NCBI GenBank assembly: GCA_001820685.1
Contig: MHQP01000022.1
Coordinates: 1 to 52,275 of the forward strand
DNA from: Candidatus Sungbacteria bacterium RIFCSPLOWO2_01_FULL_47_32
GTDB taxonomy: Bacteria; Patescibacteriota; Minisyncoccia; Sungbacterales; GWA2-42-14
Reading direction: 5' to 3'
Length of the DNA: 52,275 bases
The notes beneath the pieces are model-generated. The model was not told the DNA's origin. It saw nothing but the letters and a program-made list of their open reading frames with translations, and made no database searches. Made by a program: the position numbers and the translations under genes. Of this stretch, positions 1 to 14,291 are shown piece by piece. The number at the start of each line of letters is the position of its first letter. Positions within the stretch are counted from its first letter, which is position 1.

Positions 1-2037
1 GTTCGAAGCTGTGCACACCCTTTGTCCGGACTCCGCAAGGATGATTCCGTTCACTTCAAGTTTGCCTGCGATGGTTGAGGTTGAAACATTCGTTATGTTC
101 AATTGGGTGATGGTGGTGGAACCGGCTTGAAGAGTTGAACCTATCGAGGTGGATCCTGTGACTGAGAAATTGGCTCCGATAGTGGCAGATCCTCCGATGA
201 TGGCATTGTTTGTTGTCTGGATTGATTGGTTAACAAGAAGTCCTTGGAGTGAAGAAGAAGCAGTTGTAGAGGTTGCGGTAAGACTGAGAGCAGTAAGATC
301 ATCCGTGAATATTCCTCTGCCAGTAACCGCGAGAGCAACTCCAGGAGTTGTTGAGCCGATGCCGACAAAGTCTGAAGATGTTGACAAAACAACAGTAGCG
401 CCCTGATCCGTCCAGCCAGTTGCAACTCCACCACCGTCATCATCTGAACAAATAATATTGCCGTTTGAATCGGTCGTAAGCGCGCCGGAATTGGAGAAAA
501 GCGAACAGTTGAGCGTTGAGATACGAAGTCCTCCTCCGGAAACGATAAGGCCTCCCGCGATTGTAGAAGTTGCGACAGTTGAAGACGAGGTAAACGAATC
601 AAAGAAAACCGACCCGGCAAATAGCGCGGGGCCTTGGACCGAAAGAGTGCGTGCAGGCGACGAAGAACCGATTCCGAAATTCCCCGTTGCCGCATCAAAG
701 AAAAGATTTGTCGCTCCAGAAAGCGTTGTTCCGTCCGCCGGATAAAAAGTTATGTTGCCGGCATTTCCGGGATTAATCGGAACAACAGTACCGCTTCCTC
801 GGTCATCTGAACCGCAAGAAATCCTCCCGTCAGAATCAGTTTCAAGAACGCGGGAACCAGAACAATTGACTACCGGGATTAAGGGGCTGGCCTCAAAGAG
901 CGCATCGCCTGTTACCCGTTCAGTTCCTAAAACGGTGAGCGTATGCGTCGGATGAAGTGTGCCAATTCCGACACTTCCATTTCCCGCCGCAAGAAAGACG
1001 CTTGAACTTGCGGTGAGTTGTCCGGCGAATGTTGAACTGCCGTTCACGGTAAGAAGATTTGTGGACGTTCCTCCGATGCCGACACGCCCGGAACCGTCAA
1101 CAAGGAAAAGGCCGCTTGAAGAAGCGTTATGAACTTCAAAAAGGTTTGCGCCCTGGTCAGGAGCCCCAACCAAACGGAACCCTACAGTTGATGAGCTGAA
1201 GGCTCGAACAGTAAGACGAGCAATTTGGGAAGAGGTTCCGCTTGTTATCCCGGTTGTTGTTCCGGCCCCGACTCCGCCTTCACTTCCGATTGAAACCGTG
1301 CCGCCGTTTTGCGAGCTGACGCTAAAAATCGCAAGAGCGGTTGAAGAGGTTGCGATCGTCCAAGCGTTTTCGGTATTATCGGGTATAACCGTAACTGAAG
1401 TTGACGCATTCGTAATAGTCGCAGGACCGGCAAAGTTGAGAATGGAACCGCTTACCGTTCCGATATTTATTCCGCCTCCAACGCTGAGTGAGAGAAGCGG
1501 GTTTTTCGTAGAAATTGTATTTCCTTGCTGCCTCCAGAAGGCATCCGAAATTGTCGGCCGCTGGCCTCCGGTTACTGTAATGCCATCACCGGCGCTTACA
1601 CTATATATAATGTTAGAAGCGGTAATGGTTCCCGAGCCCAAATCAATGTCCGTTCCCCGCAAAAGCCCCCGAACAACGACCTCTTGCTGGAATTCTGCTG
1701 GTCCGTTTGAGGTGAGGCCGGAGAGAAAATATGCCCTGCCGCGGAAAGTGCTTGAAGCATTAAAGAAACTTTGAGCGTTGATGCTAATGGTAGAGGCCGA
1801 ACGGGTGGTTGTTGCTTCAGACAACACTCTGTTCTTTTCGCGGATGGCTTGACCGTCGATATTCTTCGGAGCCGATGTTTGGTAGAAGTTCCCAAAGGAC
1901 TGAAACGAAACCGTCCCCGTATACACTGCGGCAAAAGCACCGACTCCCAGAAGCGCAAAAAATGAAATGGAAAAAAGCACGAGGCGGGAGCGCCCATCTT
2001 TCTGGAACATATTGACTGCTGTAATCCAGAGAGCCAT
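1..2037 (-). CDS. Large secreted/cell-surface Gly/Ser/Thr-rich repeat protein with tail-fiber-like repeats and an N-terminal signal anchor. The C-terminus runs off the window edge, so the gene is partial.
   Basis: Minus-strand frame with codon top positions divisible by 3 is open from an ATG at 2037 to position 1. I hand-translated segments at about 2037, 1020 and 300 and found no stop codons. The N-terminus MALWITAVNMFQKDGRSRLVLFSISFFALLGVGAFAAVYTG is hydrophobic. The motif NLFxV..G.VGIG(T/S)xxPxxxLxVxG recurs through the protein. The ORF-track fragments in this region are in other frames. Confidence 0.6.
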   Translation of the reverse strand, partial: MALWITAVNMFQKDGRSRLVLFSISFFALLGVGAFAAVYTGTVSFQSFGNFYQTSAPKNIDGQAIREKNRVLSEATTTRSASTISINAQSFFNASSTFRGRAYFLSGLTSNGPAEFQQEVVVRGLLRGTDIDLGSGTITASNIIYSVSAGDGITVTGGQRPTISDAFWRQQGNTISTKNPLLSLSVGGGINIGTVSGSILNFAGPATITNASTSVTVIPDNTENAWTIATSSTALAIFSVSSQNGGTVSIGSEGGVGAGTTTGITSGTSSQIARLTVRAFSSSTVGFRLVGAPDQGANLFEVHNASSSGLFLVDGSGRVGIGGTSTNLLTVNGSSTFAGQLTASSSVFLAAGNGSVGIGTLHPTHTLTVLGTERVTGDALFEASPLIPVVNCSGSRVLETDSDGRISCGSDDRGSGTVVPINPGNAGNITFYPADGTTLSGATNLFFDAATGNFGIGSSSPARTLSVQGPALFAGSVFFDSFTSSSTVATSTIAGGLIVSGGGLRISTLNCSLFSNSGALTTDSNGNIICSDDDGGGVATGWTDQGATVVLSTSSDFVGIGSTTPGVALAVTGRGIFTDDLTALSLTATSTTASSSLQGLLVNQSIQTTNNAIIGGSATIGANFSVTGSTSIGSTLQAGSTTITQLNITNVSTSTIAGKLEVNGIILAESGQRVCTASN

Positions 2038-2056
2038 TCGCGTGCTTTAAAAAATA

Positions 2057-2329
2057 TTAATGAAGAATTCCAAGATATACTTCAACCAAGTTTTCACGGA
2101 CCTTGATAATGCCGATGCGCAGCGGAATTGTTTTTGTTATGCCGTCCGGCGTTCTCAATGTGATATATTCGTTAATGATGGAAATAAAATTCGCATGAAG
2201 CGCCAATACGTCAAACTTTCCGGTTTCGTTCACTGAAGAAACCGACTCGGCCTCTCCTTCAAACAAAATTCCTTCCCTATCGCGGACAAGGATTGATAGC
2301 GTTTGTTGATCGTATAGTGTCTGAACCAT
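2057..2329 (-). CDS. atpC: F-type ATP synthase epsilon subunit
   Basis: 90 aa; ILFEGEAESVSS...GKFDVLALHANFISII matches the delta/epsilon family pattern. It lies directly downstream of the beta subunit. Confidence 0.8.
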   Translation of the reverse strand: MVQTLYDQQTLSILVRDREGILFEGEAESVSSVNETGKFDVLALHANFISIINEYITLRTPDGITKTIPLRIGIIKVRENLVEVYLGILH

Positions 2330-2347
2330 TGTTTAATTTAAAAAATA

Positions 2348-4628
<2,281 letters not shown>

Positions 4629-4653
4629 GATTCGTGTTTGTTCCGATCAATAA

Positions 4654-6138
4654 TTATTTCGCCTCTCCAGGAACTTGCGACGGAGATGTATTGAAACCGT
4701 CAATCCGCTTAAGCAAAGCACCAACCGAATTGCAGCTTTGAACGTATGCATCAACTCTCTTTCTGTAGTCCGGTTTTGACTCATATTGAAAAATTATTTT
4801 TTGGATATCTCCACGGATCTCAATCTCGCTTTTTACCTCCCAGAGTTCACTCCACACAAGCCCGAAGATGATGATTTGAAGCGGACCGGGGATCCGATCA
4901 TGCGCGGTCTGATCAAAAAATTGTCGAACCCGCTCTTCTTTCGCGAGCGCCCGTTTAATATGCTCTCCCAATTCCGCTCCGAAGCTTGCAAAATTATGGA
5001 GTTTCTCCACGTCGCGCAAAAATGTTATGAGCTCTTTTCCAATCTCGCGTTTCAGTTGTGTCTGGGTTTGGCGTCCGACGCGGGTTACGGAAAGGAACGG
5101 ATCAATCGCGGGGCGCCGCCCTTCGCTGAAAAGATTGTGGTCGAAGAAAATATGGCCATCAGTCATGGACATTACGTTCGTTTGTATATACCCCGTCATG
5201 TCCCCTTGCACGGTTTCAACTACGGGAATACAGGTGATGGCAACCTCGCCGCGGGTTGTAAGAAAATTTCCGGCCCGTTCAAGCAGGCGTGAATGCGTAT
5301 AGAAAATATCTCCTGGATATGAGTTCCTTCCGGGAAAGCGTTTTCCAAGAAGTGCAATCTCACGGCATGTTTTTGCGTGAACCGTAAGATCGTCAAGTAC
5401 AACAAGAACATCGCGCCCCATATCCCGAAAATATTCCGCGATGGTCATTGCGGTGTACGGAGTCAGATAAATCATTCCCGCGGCGTCATCTCCGTTCGAG
5501 ACGACCAGGACGACTTTGCCCAGAATACCCATTTCTGAAAGCGTTGTTTCAATCTGCTTGATCGAGATCTGATCCTTTCCAACAATGGCATACACCCCAA
5601 CGGCACCCACTTTTACTTGCGCTAAAAGTGCGCGCAAAAGGAATCTCGACTTTCCTGTTTTTTGGTCTCCAATAACAAGTTCCCGCTGCCCTTTCCCGAG
5701 CGGCAACAAAAGGTCCACCATGGAAACACCCGTTTCCAAAGATTTTTTAATGCGCGAACGCGACGTGATTCCAGACGGGACAACTTCTACAAAGCGCATC
5801 TCGTGGACATTCATAAGGGGCTTCAATGCATTCACCGAATGCCCCAACGGATTAATAACAGTGCCCAAGAGTCCTTCGCCGACTGGGACTTCAAGAAGTC
5901 TTCCAGTGCGAGCAACTCTGCTTCCGACTTTGACAGGCGTCCGCGAAAAACTCATTATTTCAACCGACCCCTCGAAAAGTGCGGTCGCCTGTCCGACCTC
6001 CCCGCTTTCAAAAACGACCAGTTCCTGCAAGCCCGCCCCAGGAAGGCCGTTGACATAGACAAGCGACGCAAGAGAGCGCTCAACAAATCCAATCTCGCCG
6101 GTTGCATTCAAAAAATTGTCGAAATCAAGTTTCAGCAT
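4654..6138 (-). CDS. atpA: F-type ATP synthase alpha subunit
   Basis: 494 aa; Walker A GDQKTGKS; F1 alpha-type N-terminal beta-barrel and nucleotide-binding domains. Confidence 0.95.
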   Translation of the reverse strand: MLKLDFDNFLNATGEIGFVERSLASLVYVNGLPGAGLQELVVFESGEVGQATALFEGSVEIMSFSRTPVKVGSRVARTGRLLEVPVGEGLLGTVINPLGHSVNALKPLMNVHEMRFVEVVPSGITSRSRIKKSLETGVSMVDLLLPLGKGQRELVIGDQKTGKSRFLLRALLAQVKVGAVGVYAIVGKDQISIKQIETTLSEMGILGKVVLVVSNGDDAAGMIYLTPYTAMTIAEYFRDMGRDVLVVLDDLTVHAKTCREIALLGKRFPGRNSYPGDIFYTHSRLLERAGNFLTTRGEVAITCIPVVETVQGDMTGYIQTNVMSMTDGHIFFDHNLFSEGRRPAIDPFLSVTRVGRQTQTQLKREIGKELITFLRDVEKLHNFASFGAELGEHIKRALAKEERVRQFFDQTAHDRIPGPLQIIIFGLVWSELWEVKSEIEIRGDIQKIIFQYESKPDYRKRVDAYVQSCNSVGALLKRIDGFNTSPSQVPGEAK

Positions 6139-6142
6139 AAAA

Positions 6143-6649
6143 TTATCGCATGAGTTCTTTTACAAGATCTTCCCTTTGCGACACGAAAAGGCTCCGAAGT
6201 TCGGCATCAAAAGTTTTTTCCACATACCGGCCGTCGAATATGATCTTTGCCCCACCCAGGACCGACGGATCGAATCCGATGTCAAGAATAAACCCTTCTC
6301 CGAGATCCCGCAGGATCCAGTCAGCAATATGTTCGATAAGTTCTTCCGTTGGTTCTATCGCAAGTTCAAGCCTTACAACCCTAAGTGCTGCAAGAGCATC
6401 CTTCAGGGTCTTTAAAAATTCTTTCCGACCCTCCTCTCCCCCGGCCCTTTCCGCATCAGCCATGCTTTTGTGGATAACGCCGGCTATTTCAAGCGGCACT
6501 ACCCTGCGCAAAACATCTTCAAGAGAATCTTGACCAGCTTGATAGGGCGTTCCTTCCAAAACGCTGACCGCATTCTCAGCTTGGTCTCGCTCGTCTTTAG
6601 TACGAACTGTCCGGAGGATACTTGAGATTGTTTTTTGCGTAATTGCCAT
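6143..6649 (-). CDS. atpH: F-type ATP synthase delta (OSCP) subunit
   Basis: The ORF-track ORF 6143..6793 overlaps atpF. An internal ATG at 6649 (MAITQKTISS...) lies 4 nt after the atpF stop and gives a 168-aa OSCP-sized protein. Its position between b and alpha supports the call. Confidence 0.7.
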   Translation of the reverse strand: MAITQKTISSILRTVRTKDERDQAENAVSVLEGTPYQAGQDSLEDVLRRVVPLEIAGVIHKSMADAERAGGEEGRKEFLKTLKDALAALRVVRLELAIEPTEELIEHIADWILRDLGEGFILDIGFDPSVLGGAKIIFDGRYVEKTFDAELRSLFVSQREDLVKELMR

Positions 6650-6653
6650 AAAA

Positions 6654-7367
6654 TTATTTATTAGTGTCGAAGAATCCTTCCTTTTTAGCGTTTGCAAGCG
6701 ACTTGAGGATAAGGTCTTGATGGTCTTCAAGGCCAAGCGCATGCCCCAACACTTCCCGCGATACCCGGAGCAAAATTGCGTACATGGATTCATTTATCCT
6801 CTTCAACACCTTTTCTTTGTGCTCCTCAATTTCGCGGTCCACACCTTGAAGTGTTTCTTGGCGATGTTTTTCCATGTTTGACTGTTCGCGCGCCATTTCA
6901 TCCGTCAAAAATTTTGAGAATTTCTGCATACCGTCGCGCGCCTCCTCGGAAACCGCCCGCGATGCAGTTTGAATTGCCTCGAGGTACGACCGCTGGGCTT
7001 CTTCGATGACCGCACGATACGCCTTGATGAGTTCGGCGGATGCGGCCTGAAGCCTCTGCCCTTCGCGCAAAGAAAACTTTCCGAGAGCCCGCTCAAGCTC
7101 TTCCTCGGTGTGAGCGGTAACGGTTTTTGTATTTTGCAAAAGTTCTGCCGCCTGCTTATGCGCCTGTTCAATGATACGGAGAGATTCGGCCCGGGCACCG
7201 GTTAATATCTCCCGCGCTTCGTTGTGCGCATCTGTGGCATCCTGACCGCCGGAACCGAAAATATTTTTCTTGAAAAGCAGCCGGAAAATAATGACAAGAA
7301 CAAGAAAGATAGTGAGCACAATAAGAACTCCTCCCAAAAACGAGCCGACGAATGATGATGAAGGCAT
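6654..7367 (-). CDS. atpF: F-type ATP synthase b subunit
   Basis: 237 aa; a single N-terminal TM helix followed by a long charged helical region (EEELERALGK...), which is the b-subunit architecture. Confidence 0.75.
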   Translation of the reverse strand: MPSSSFVGSFLGGVLIVLTIFLVLVIIFRLLFKKNIFGSGGQDATDAHNEAREILTGARAESLRIIEQAHKQAAELLQNTKTVTAHTEEELERALGKFSLREGQRLQAASAELIKAYRAVIEEAQRSYLEAIQTASRAVSEEARDGMQKFSKFLTDEMAREQSNMEKHRQETLQGVDREIEEHKEKVLKRINESMYAILLRVSREVLGHALGLEDHQDLILKSLANAKKEGFFDTNK

Positions 7368-7400
7368 GATAATTTTTATTAGCGAATAAAAATTCTCCCG

Positions 7401-9211
<1,811 letters not shown>

Positions 9212-9300
9212 GCAAAAAATAAAAAAAATTACTCTCCCCTGAACCAAAATTTTAAAAAATATTTCTAAAACTTTTGCCAAATAAAGTGCGAGTTTTTTCA

Positions 9301-9323
9301 ATATCCGATATGGTATTGGATAG
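9301..9323. promoter_or_regulatory. Operator-like 23-bp repeat, copy 2 (ATATCCGATATGGTATTGGATAG)
   Basis: A direct repeat of copy 1, 112 bp away. Confidence 0.45.
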
Positions 9324-9682
9324 TTAATAAGCTGTGAAATACCTGTGTGTGGTATGTTGATATCTATATACATCTTAGCATCCGATAGTCAGAGTTCTTT
9401 AGCAGGTTTTGTGGATAAAAAACGAAACCACAGACCCTCAAAAAAGCATATAATATAGTTTAAAAAAGGGCTGGTATATAATGGTTCCTTAACGTTAATA
9501 AACATTAATAAGCTAGTCAGCGAAAGTTAGATAGGTTTATAAAACAGAACCGATAACTTTTTAATTTAACCTTTCCTCCTCCAGGCATACATTCCGGCAT
9601 AATTTCACTGAAAAGCCTATTGACAGGTTTTGTTTCCGGTCAAATCTTTGACAGATAATTCAATTGATTTTTAAAAATAAAT

Positions 9683-9714
9683 AAAAAAAACATTGCGCAT
9701 GCAATGATTTTTTA
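9683..9714. terminator. Bidirectional rho-independent terminator (CATTGC-GCAT-GCAATG flanked by an A8 run and a T6 run)
   Basis: A 6-bp perfect stem with an A-run upstream and a T-run downstream. It lies about 170 nt downstream of the smc stop on the minus strand. Confidence 0.45.
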
Positions 9715-9876
9715 ATATAGAATTTGTTTTCCTATAATTATACTGGCTTCTTTTTGTCTTTTTTATAACGCTCGAATAAAAAAGGAAATTATTTTAACAG
9801 TTTCTAGCGTTTTTTAAAAATTCTGCCCTGTTTAAAGTTATGGCAGCAGGCGAAACAAGAGGCCGCGCGCTTTTTA

Positions 9877-12078
9877 CTACCTATTCGTATATGCTTCGGC
9901 TTCTTCAAGCCTTAAAGAAAGAAGTTTTGATACGCCGTCATTTCCCATGGTAACGCCGTAGAGTATTCCGGCAACGCGCATTGTTTCCCTGTTATGTGTT
10001 ACGACAATGAGCTGGGTCTTTTTTGAAAGTTCCTTTAGAATTTCCGCGTAGCGTTTTGAATTTGCTTCGTCAAGTGCCGCGTCTGTTTCATCAAGGAAAA
10101 GAAACGGCGGAGGGTTTACAGCAACAATTGCAAAAAGGAACGCAATTGATGTAAGTGCCCGTTCTCCTCCGGAAAGCATCGAAAGATTTTTGATTCGCTT
10201 TTTTGGAAGGTCAACTTCGATATCTATCCCCTCCTCCAGCTCTTCCTCTTCTTCTCCGAGTTCTTCAAGCGCCTCGGAATCTTCCGGAGCCTTCCGCCTC
10301 CCATATTCGACCATCTTAAGCATGGCGCGCCCTCCTCCAAAAATTACCCGAAAATAATTGTGAAATTCTTCCTTGATCCTCGAAAACCCTTCTTCAAAAT
10401 TTTCTTTCAATGTTTTATCGAGAGTGGCAATAAGCTCCTCAAGAGAGAGAATAGCATTTCTCGTATCCTCAAGTTCTTTTTGCAGAAACGCGTACCGCGC
10501 TTCGGTCTCGTGGTATTCCACGATAACCGAATCATCTATGCCTCCAACCTCTTCCAGCCTTACCCTAAGACGTTCTATCTTCCTCCGTATGTCTTGCTCA
10601 CTCTCGTATGAAACTGACATATCAAGCGGCTCTTTCAGAATATCCCGCGATAACCCAAGCATCTGAAATTCTTTTTCAAGTTCTTCGTATTTTAATTTTA
10701 TTTTTTCCTCCTCAAAGAGCACGCGATTCAACGTTTCCCGCACTGTTGTTTTCTCTTCTTCTTTTTCTCGAATAATGCGATCCAAAGTTCGAAGCTCTTC
10801 CTGAAGCAGACGATAATCTTTTTCTTTTCCATATAATGCCTCCTTTGCTTCTTTCAGGAGTGTCGCCACTTGCTTCATTTGTTCTTGTAGTTCCTTTTCA
10901 GTTTTTGCGAGTCCCTCTATTTCATGGTTTGCAGAAGCTTCTTCTTCAATTGAGCCTTTTTCCATATCAGTAAGAAATTTCTCGAGGTGCTCTCTTAGTA
11001 TTTTGACCTTCTTTTTAAGAGAATCGGTTTCATGATCATCTTCGGCCTCGCGCACAAGATTGATGAATCGCAACATTGCATTTTTTACATAACTAAGATC
11101 AATAATGCGCGTAACCGTCTTTGGCTTTGCTTTTTCTGCTTCAATGCGGCCCTCAATGCGTCCGAGATCCCGCGAGATAGTGCGCTCCCCTCCTTCCAGT
11201 TCCGCAATCCGCCCACGGATCTCACGTACTTCTTCAGAATCTCGAGATTTACCCTCAAGCCCCCTGATTTTTTCAAACACCTCCCGAATTTCAGCTTCAA
11301 GACCTTTTATCCTCTGCTCGTGTGGAGTTTTTTCGGCTTCTATCCGCCGGAATGCTTCCTCAATATCCTCGAATCCCTTTTTGAAATAGTAACGCTCAAG
11401 TGTTTTCAGCTCTTCAATATATATCTGTCGGCTTTCAGCCTTCTTTGCCTGCTCCTTGAGAAACTTGATGTGCGGAGTAAGCTCGCGGATGAGCGATTCC
11501 ACGTTTTTGAGATTTTCGCCGGAAGCGTTAAGTTTGCGTTCTGCTTCGGCCTTTTTAATGTGGTAGACCTTAAGCCCGATTGCTTCTTCTACGAGCTCGC
11601 GTCTCTCACGGGGAGTTGCGGACATAAGAATGCGGTCTACTTCTCCTTGGCCTATCATATTATGCTTGATATCGCCGAGCCCCATACGCGCCATAAGCTC
11701 AACAATGTCCTTTAGGCGAACTTGCGAGTCATTCAAATAATATTCATTTACGCCATCCCGAAAGATCTTGCGCATGATAGAAACCTCCTCAAAATCAACC
11801 GGTATTTTGCGATCCTTGTTATCGAAAACAAGCGTTACTGATGCCTTTCCCATTCGAGGTATGATATTTGAACCGCTCCAAATCAAATCTTCCCCGCGTT
11901 TCCCGCGGAGACTTTTCATGGACTGCTCTCCCAATACCCACCTGACGCCTTCCGAGATATTCGATTTTCCCGAGCCGTTCGGCCCTACAACGCCCGCAAC
12001 CGAGGTGGGAAACTCAAGGGTCGTGGAACGCGCGAATGACTTGAAGCCCGAAAGTTCGAGCCGTTTGAGATTCAGCAT
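9877..12078 (-). CDS. smc: SMC-family chromosome segregation ATPase, a short-arm form with no recognisable hinge
   Basis: N-terminal MLNLKRLELSGFKSF...GPNGSGKSN...VRWVLGEQSMKSLRG. The C-terminal region contains VEYHETEARYAFL...FGGGRAMLKMV, the signature LSGGE, and Walker B FLFLDETDAALD. Only about 733 aa from the ATG at 12078. The longer ORF-track start at 12135 has no support. Confidence 0.8.
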   Translation of the reverse strand: MLNLKRLELSGFKSFARSTTLEFPTSVAGVVGPNGSGKSNISEGVRWVLGEQSMKSLRGKRGEDLIWSGSNIIPRMGKASVTLVFDNKDRKIPVDFEEVSIMRKIFRDGVNEYYLNDSQVRLKDIVELMARMGLGDIKHNMIGQGEVDRILMSATPRERRELVEEAIGLKVYHIKKAEAERKLNASGENLKNVESLIRELTPHIKFLKEQAKKAESRQIYIEELKTLERYYFKKGFEDIEEAFRRIEAEKTPHEQRIKGLEAEIREVFEKIRGLEGKSRDSEEVREIRGRIAELEGGERTISRDLGRIEGRIEAEKAKPKTVTRIIDLSYVKNAMLRFINLVREAEDDHETDSLKKKVKILREHLEKFLTDMEKGSIEEEASANHEIEGLAKTEKELQEQMKQVATLLKEAKEALYGKEKDYRLLQEELRTLDRIIREKEEEKTTVRETLNRVLFEEEKIKLKYEELEKEFQMLGLSRDILKEPLDMSVSYESEQDIRRKIERLRVRLEEVGGIDDSVIVEYHETEARYAFLQKELEDTRNAILSLEELIATLDKTLKENFEEGFSRIKEEFHNYFRVIFGGGRAMLKMVEYGRRKAPEDSEALEELGEEEEELEEGIDIEVDLPKKRIKNLSMLSGGERALTSIAFLFAIVAVNPPPFLFLDETDAALDEANSKRYAEILKELSKKTQLIVVTHNRETMRVAGILYGVTMGNDGVSKLLSLRLEEAEAYTNR

Positions 12079-12203
12079 AGTGCAAGCACTTTCCAAACGC
12101 AGTGAAACTGCATCGAATGAGCATGGATATACCATACTAAGGTAGCATCTTTAGGAAACCCGGGCAAGATAACAGGTAGTCTTTGCGTCTCCAGGCCTTG
12201 CGT

Positions 12204-12229
12204 ATAAAAAACCCCGCTAAAAAGCGGGG
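12204..12229 (-). terminator. Rho-independent terminator after ftsH (CCCCGC-TAAAAA-GCGGGG followed by a U-run)
   Basis: A 6-bp GC stem followed on the minus strand by UUUUUUAUACG, immediately 3' of the ftsH stop. Confidence 0.6.
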
Positions 12230-12239
12230 TTAAACTAAT

Positions 12240-14192
12240 CTAACTACTTTTAAAATCCTCGTTGAGAACAATTTCGCTAAAGACACCGGGAAAGTCGTCC
12301 AGCCCGAGAGTTTCCCTTTCGATAAGAAGGCTTGCAACTTTATGCAAAGTATCAAGGTTTGCCAGAAGGATACGCTTTGCGCGCTCATACTGGCCCAAGG
12401 TAATGAACTTGATATCCTTATCAATGAACTCGGCGGTTTTGTCGCTATAATTGCGCTCGGTCGAAATCTGGCTTCCAAGAAATACCATATCTTTCTGCTC
12501 GCCGAAGGTGCGAGGCCCGTATTCCATGTTCCCCATGTTCCAACGACATACCATTTTACCCGCAAGGTCAGTCGCGACCTCAATATCGTTTGAAGCACCC
12601 GTTGTGCTATCTTTGAAGACGATCTCTTCGGCAAGTCGCCCGCCATAAAGCACTGCAATACGGTTTAGGAGATATTTTTTCCAATAAAGCGACTGGTCGT
12701 GCTCCGGAAGCTGCATCGTAAGGCCTTCCGCGCGTCCGCGCGAGACGTTTGTAATCTTATGCAATGGGTCGCAGTTTTCCGGTTCAAGCTTGTTCAATAC
12801 ATATGCAATGAGTCCGTGTCCGGCCTCGTGATACGAAACGGCATTGTTTTCATGGGGCGTACGAAGTTTATTTTTCCGCTCAAGACCCATCTGGACCTTA
12901 TCAAGTGCCGCTTCAACATCTTTCATCGTAACGATCGGATTATCAGTCTCGTTACTGCGCCGTGCGGCAAGAAGAGCCGCTTCGTTCATGATATTCGCGA
13001 GATCTGCCCCGACCATACCCGTGGTGCGCCGCGCAACAACGGAAAGAGAAACTGATTCATCGAACGTTAATTTCCGCGAGTGAATCTTCAGAATCTCCTC
13101 TCGTCCCCTGATATCCGGCCGATCAACCATGACCTGCCGGTCGAAACGTCCTGGACGAAGAAGCGCTGGGTCAAGAAAGTCGGGCCTGTTTGTTGCGGCA
13201 ATGAGAATGACACCTTCTTGAGTTTCAAAGCCGTCAAGCTCGACGAGAAGCTGGTTTAGCGTCTGCTCGCGCTCGTCGTTTCCGCCGCCAATACCCGTTC
13301 CACGATGCTTCCCGACGGCGTCAATTTCGTCCATAAAAATAATGCACGGGGCTTGCTTTTTTCCCTGCTCGAAGAGATCCCGCACGCGGGATGCTCCTAC
13401 GCCGACGAACATTTCAACAAAGTCAGAACCGGAGATAGAAAAAAATGGAACGTTCGCTTCTCCGGCGATAGCTTTGGCAAGAAGTGTTTTTCCGGTTCCC
13501 GGAGGCCCAACAAGAAGCACTCCTTTTGGAATTCTTCCGCCGAACCGCTGAAATTTTATCGGGTTTTTCAGAAAGTCAATAATCTCTTTCAACTCTTCTT
13601 TTGCCTCCTCAACCCCGGCGACATCCGCGAACGTTACTTTGCCATCTTTTGTAAGCTTGGCCTTGCTTTTGCCGAACATCATCGCTCCACCGGCTCCACC
13701 GCCGGACATTTTTTTCATAAAGAATATCCAGACGCCGATTAAAAGAATCATTGGAAGCCAGGAAAGGATGGTGCTCCACAAACTCGCTTCCCCCTGTGGA
13801 GCCGGAACTTCTTCGGCGTCAATTTTTGTCACGCCCTTTTCTCGAAGGGTCTTTTCAAGAGTAGCGTCATACGGACTTGTAAGATTTACCTTGAAAATTT
13901 TGAGCATGGCCGGAGCAGGAGAAGCGGACCCTGACGGCCTGGGGGTTTTCTCTGGAGCAACAGGTTCCGGTTTTTTAAGCTCTATAATAAGAGTGTTCTT
14001 GTTGTTTTTGACATAGACGGAAGAAACGTTCTTATTCTCAACTTGCTCCATGAACTGCTGATAGGACATTTTGCCGGCGTTTTTACTCGGGTCGTTCATG
14101 CCCAGAAAGATGAAGTAGACGAGAAGCCCTATGCCGAGAGCAATGCCAATATATAAGCGCCGACTGGAATTGGGTCCTTTGTCGTTCGGCAT
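12240..14192 (-). CDS. ftsH: ATP-dependent zinc metalloprotease FtsH
   Basis: AAA Walker [19 protein letters not shown]; second region of homology; zinc motif HEAGH. I chose the ATG at 14192 ([10 protein letters not shown]...), which is preceded by AAGGAAG. The ORF-track start at 14267 lacks an RBS. Confidence 0.9.
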   Translation of the reverse strand: MPNDKGPNSSRRLYIGIALGIGLLVYFIFLGMNDPSKNAGKMSYQQFMEQVENKNVSSVYVKNNKNTLIIELKKPEPVAPEKTPRPSGSASPAPAMLKIFKVNLTSPYDATLEKTLREKGVTKIDAEEVPAPQGEASLWSTILSWLPMILLIGVWIFFMKKMSGGGAGGAMMFGKSKAKLTKDGKVTFADVAGVEEAKEELKEIIDFLKNPIKFQRFGGRIPKGVLLVGPPGTGKTLLAKAIAGEANVPFFSISGSDFVEMFVGVGASRVRDLFEQGKKQAPCIIFMDEIDAVGKHRGTGIGGGNDEREQTLNQLLVELDGFETQEGVILIAATNRPDFLDPALLRPGRFDRQVMVDRPDIRGREEILKIHSRKLTFDESVSLSVVARRTTGMVGADLANIMNEAALLAARRSNETDNPIVTMKDVEAALDKVQMGLERKNKLRTPHENNAVSYHEAGHGLIAYVLNKLEPENCDPLHKITNVSRGRAEGLTMQLPEHDQSLYWKKYLLNRIAVLYGGRLAEEIVFKDSTTGASNDIEVATDLAGKMVCRWNMGNMEYGPRTFGEQKDMVFLGSQISTERNYSDKTAEFIDKDIKFITLGQYERAKRILLANLDTLHKVASLLIERETLGLDDFPGVFSEIVLNEDFKSS

Positions 14193-14291
14193 ATCTTCCT
14201 TGAATTTTCTGTTATAAAAGTGCGTTGGAAAAACTCTACCATAATTCTTTGAAAACAGCAATAACACTGTGCATACGCCAAAATCTGCTTT

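Noticed and set aside
141-2015. ORF-track ORFs 141..698(-), 149..406(+), 458..745(+), 752..955(+), 1245..1433(-), 1298..1774(+), 1525..1710(+), 1596..1997(-), 1771..1965(+) and 1809..2015(+)
   Set aside because: All overlap one continuous minus-strand gene, the frame ending at position 1 with an ATG at 2037. I translated that frame and it yields a coherent signal-anchored repeat protein. The listed ORFs are out-of-frame or antisense artefacts with Leu/Arg/Gln-rich nonsense composition.
12230-12658. ORF-track ORFs 12230..12658(-), 12262..12450(+), 12342..12593(+) and similar ones inside ftsH
   Set aside because: They are alternative-frame or antisense ORFs inside a well-supported FtsH gene.
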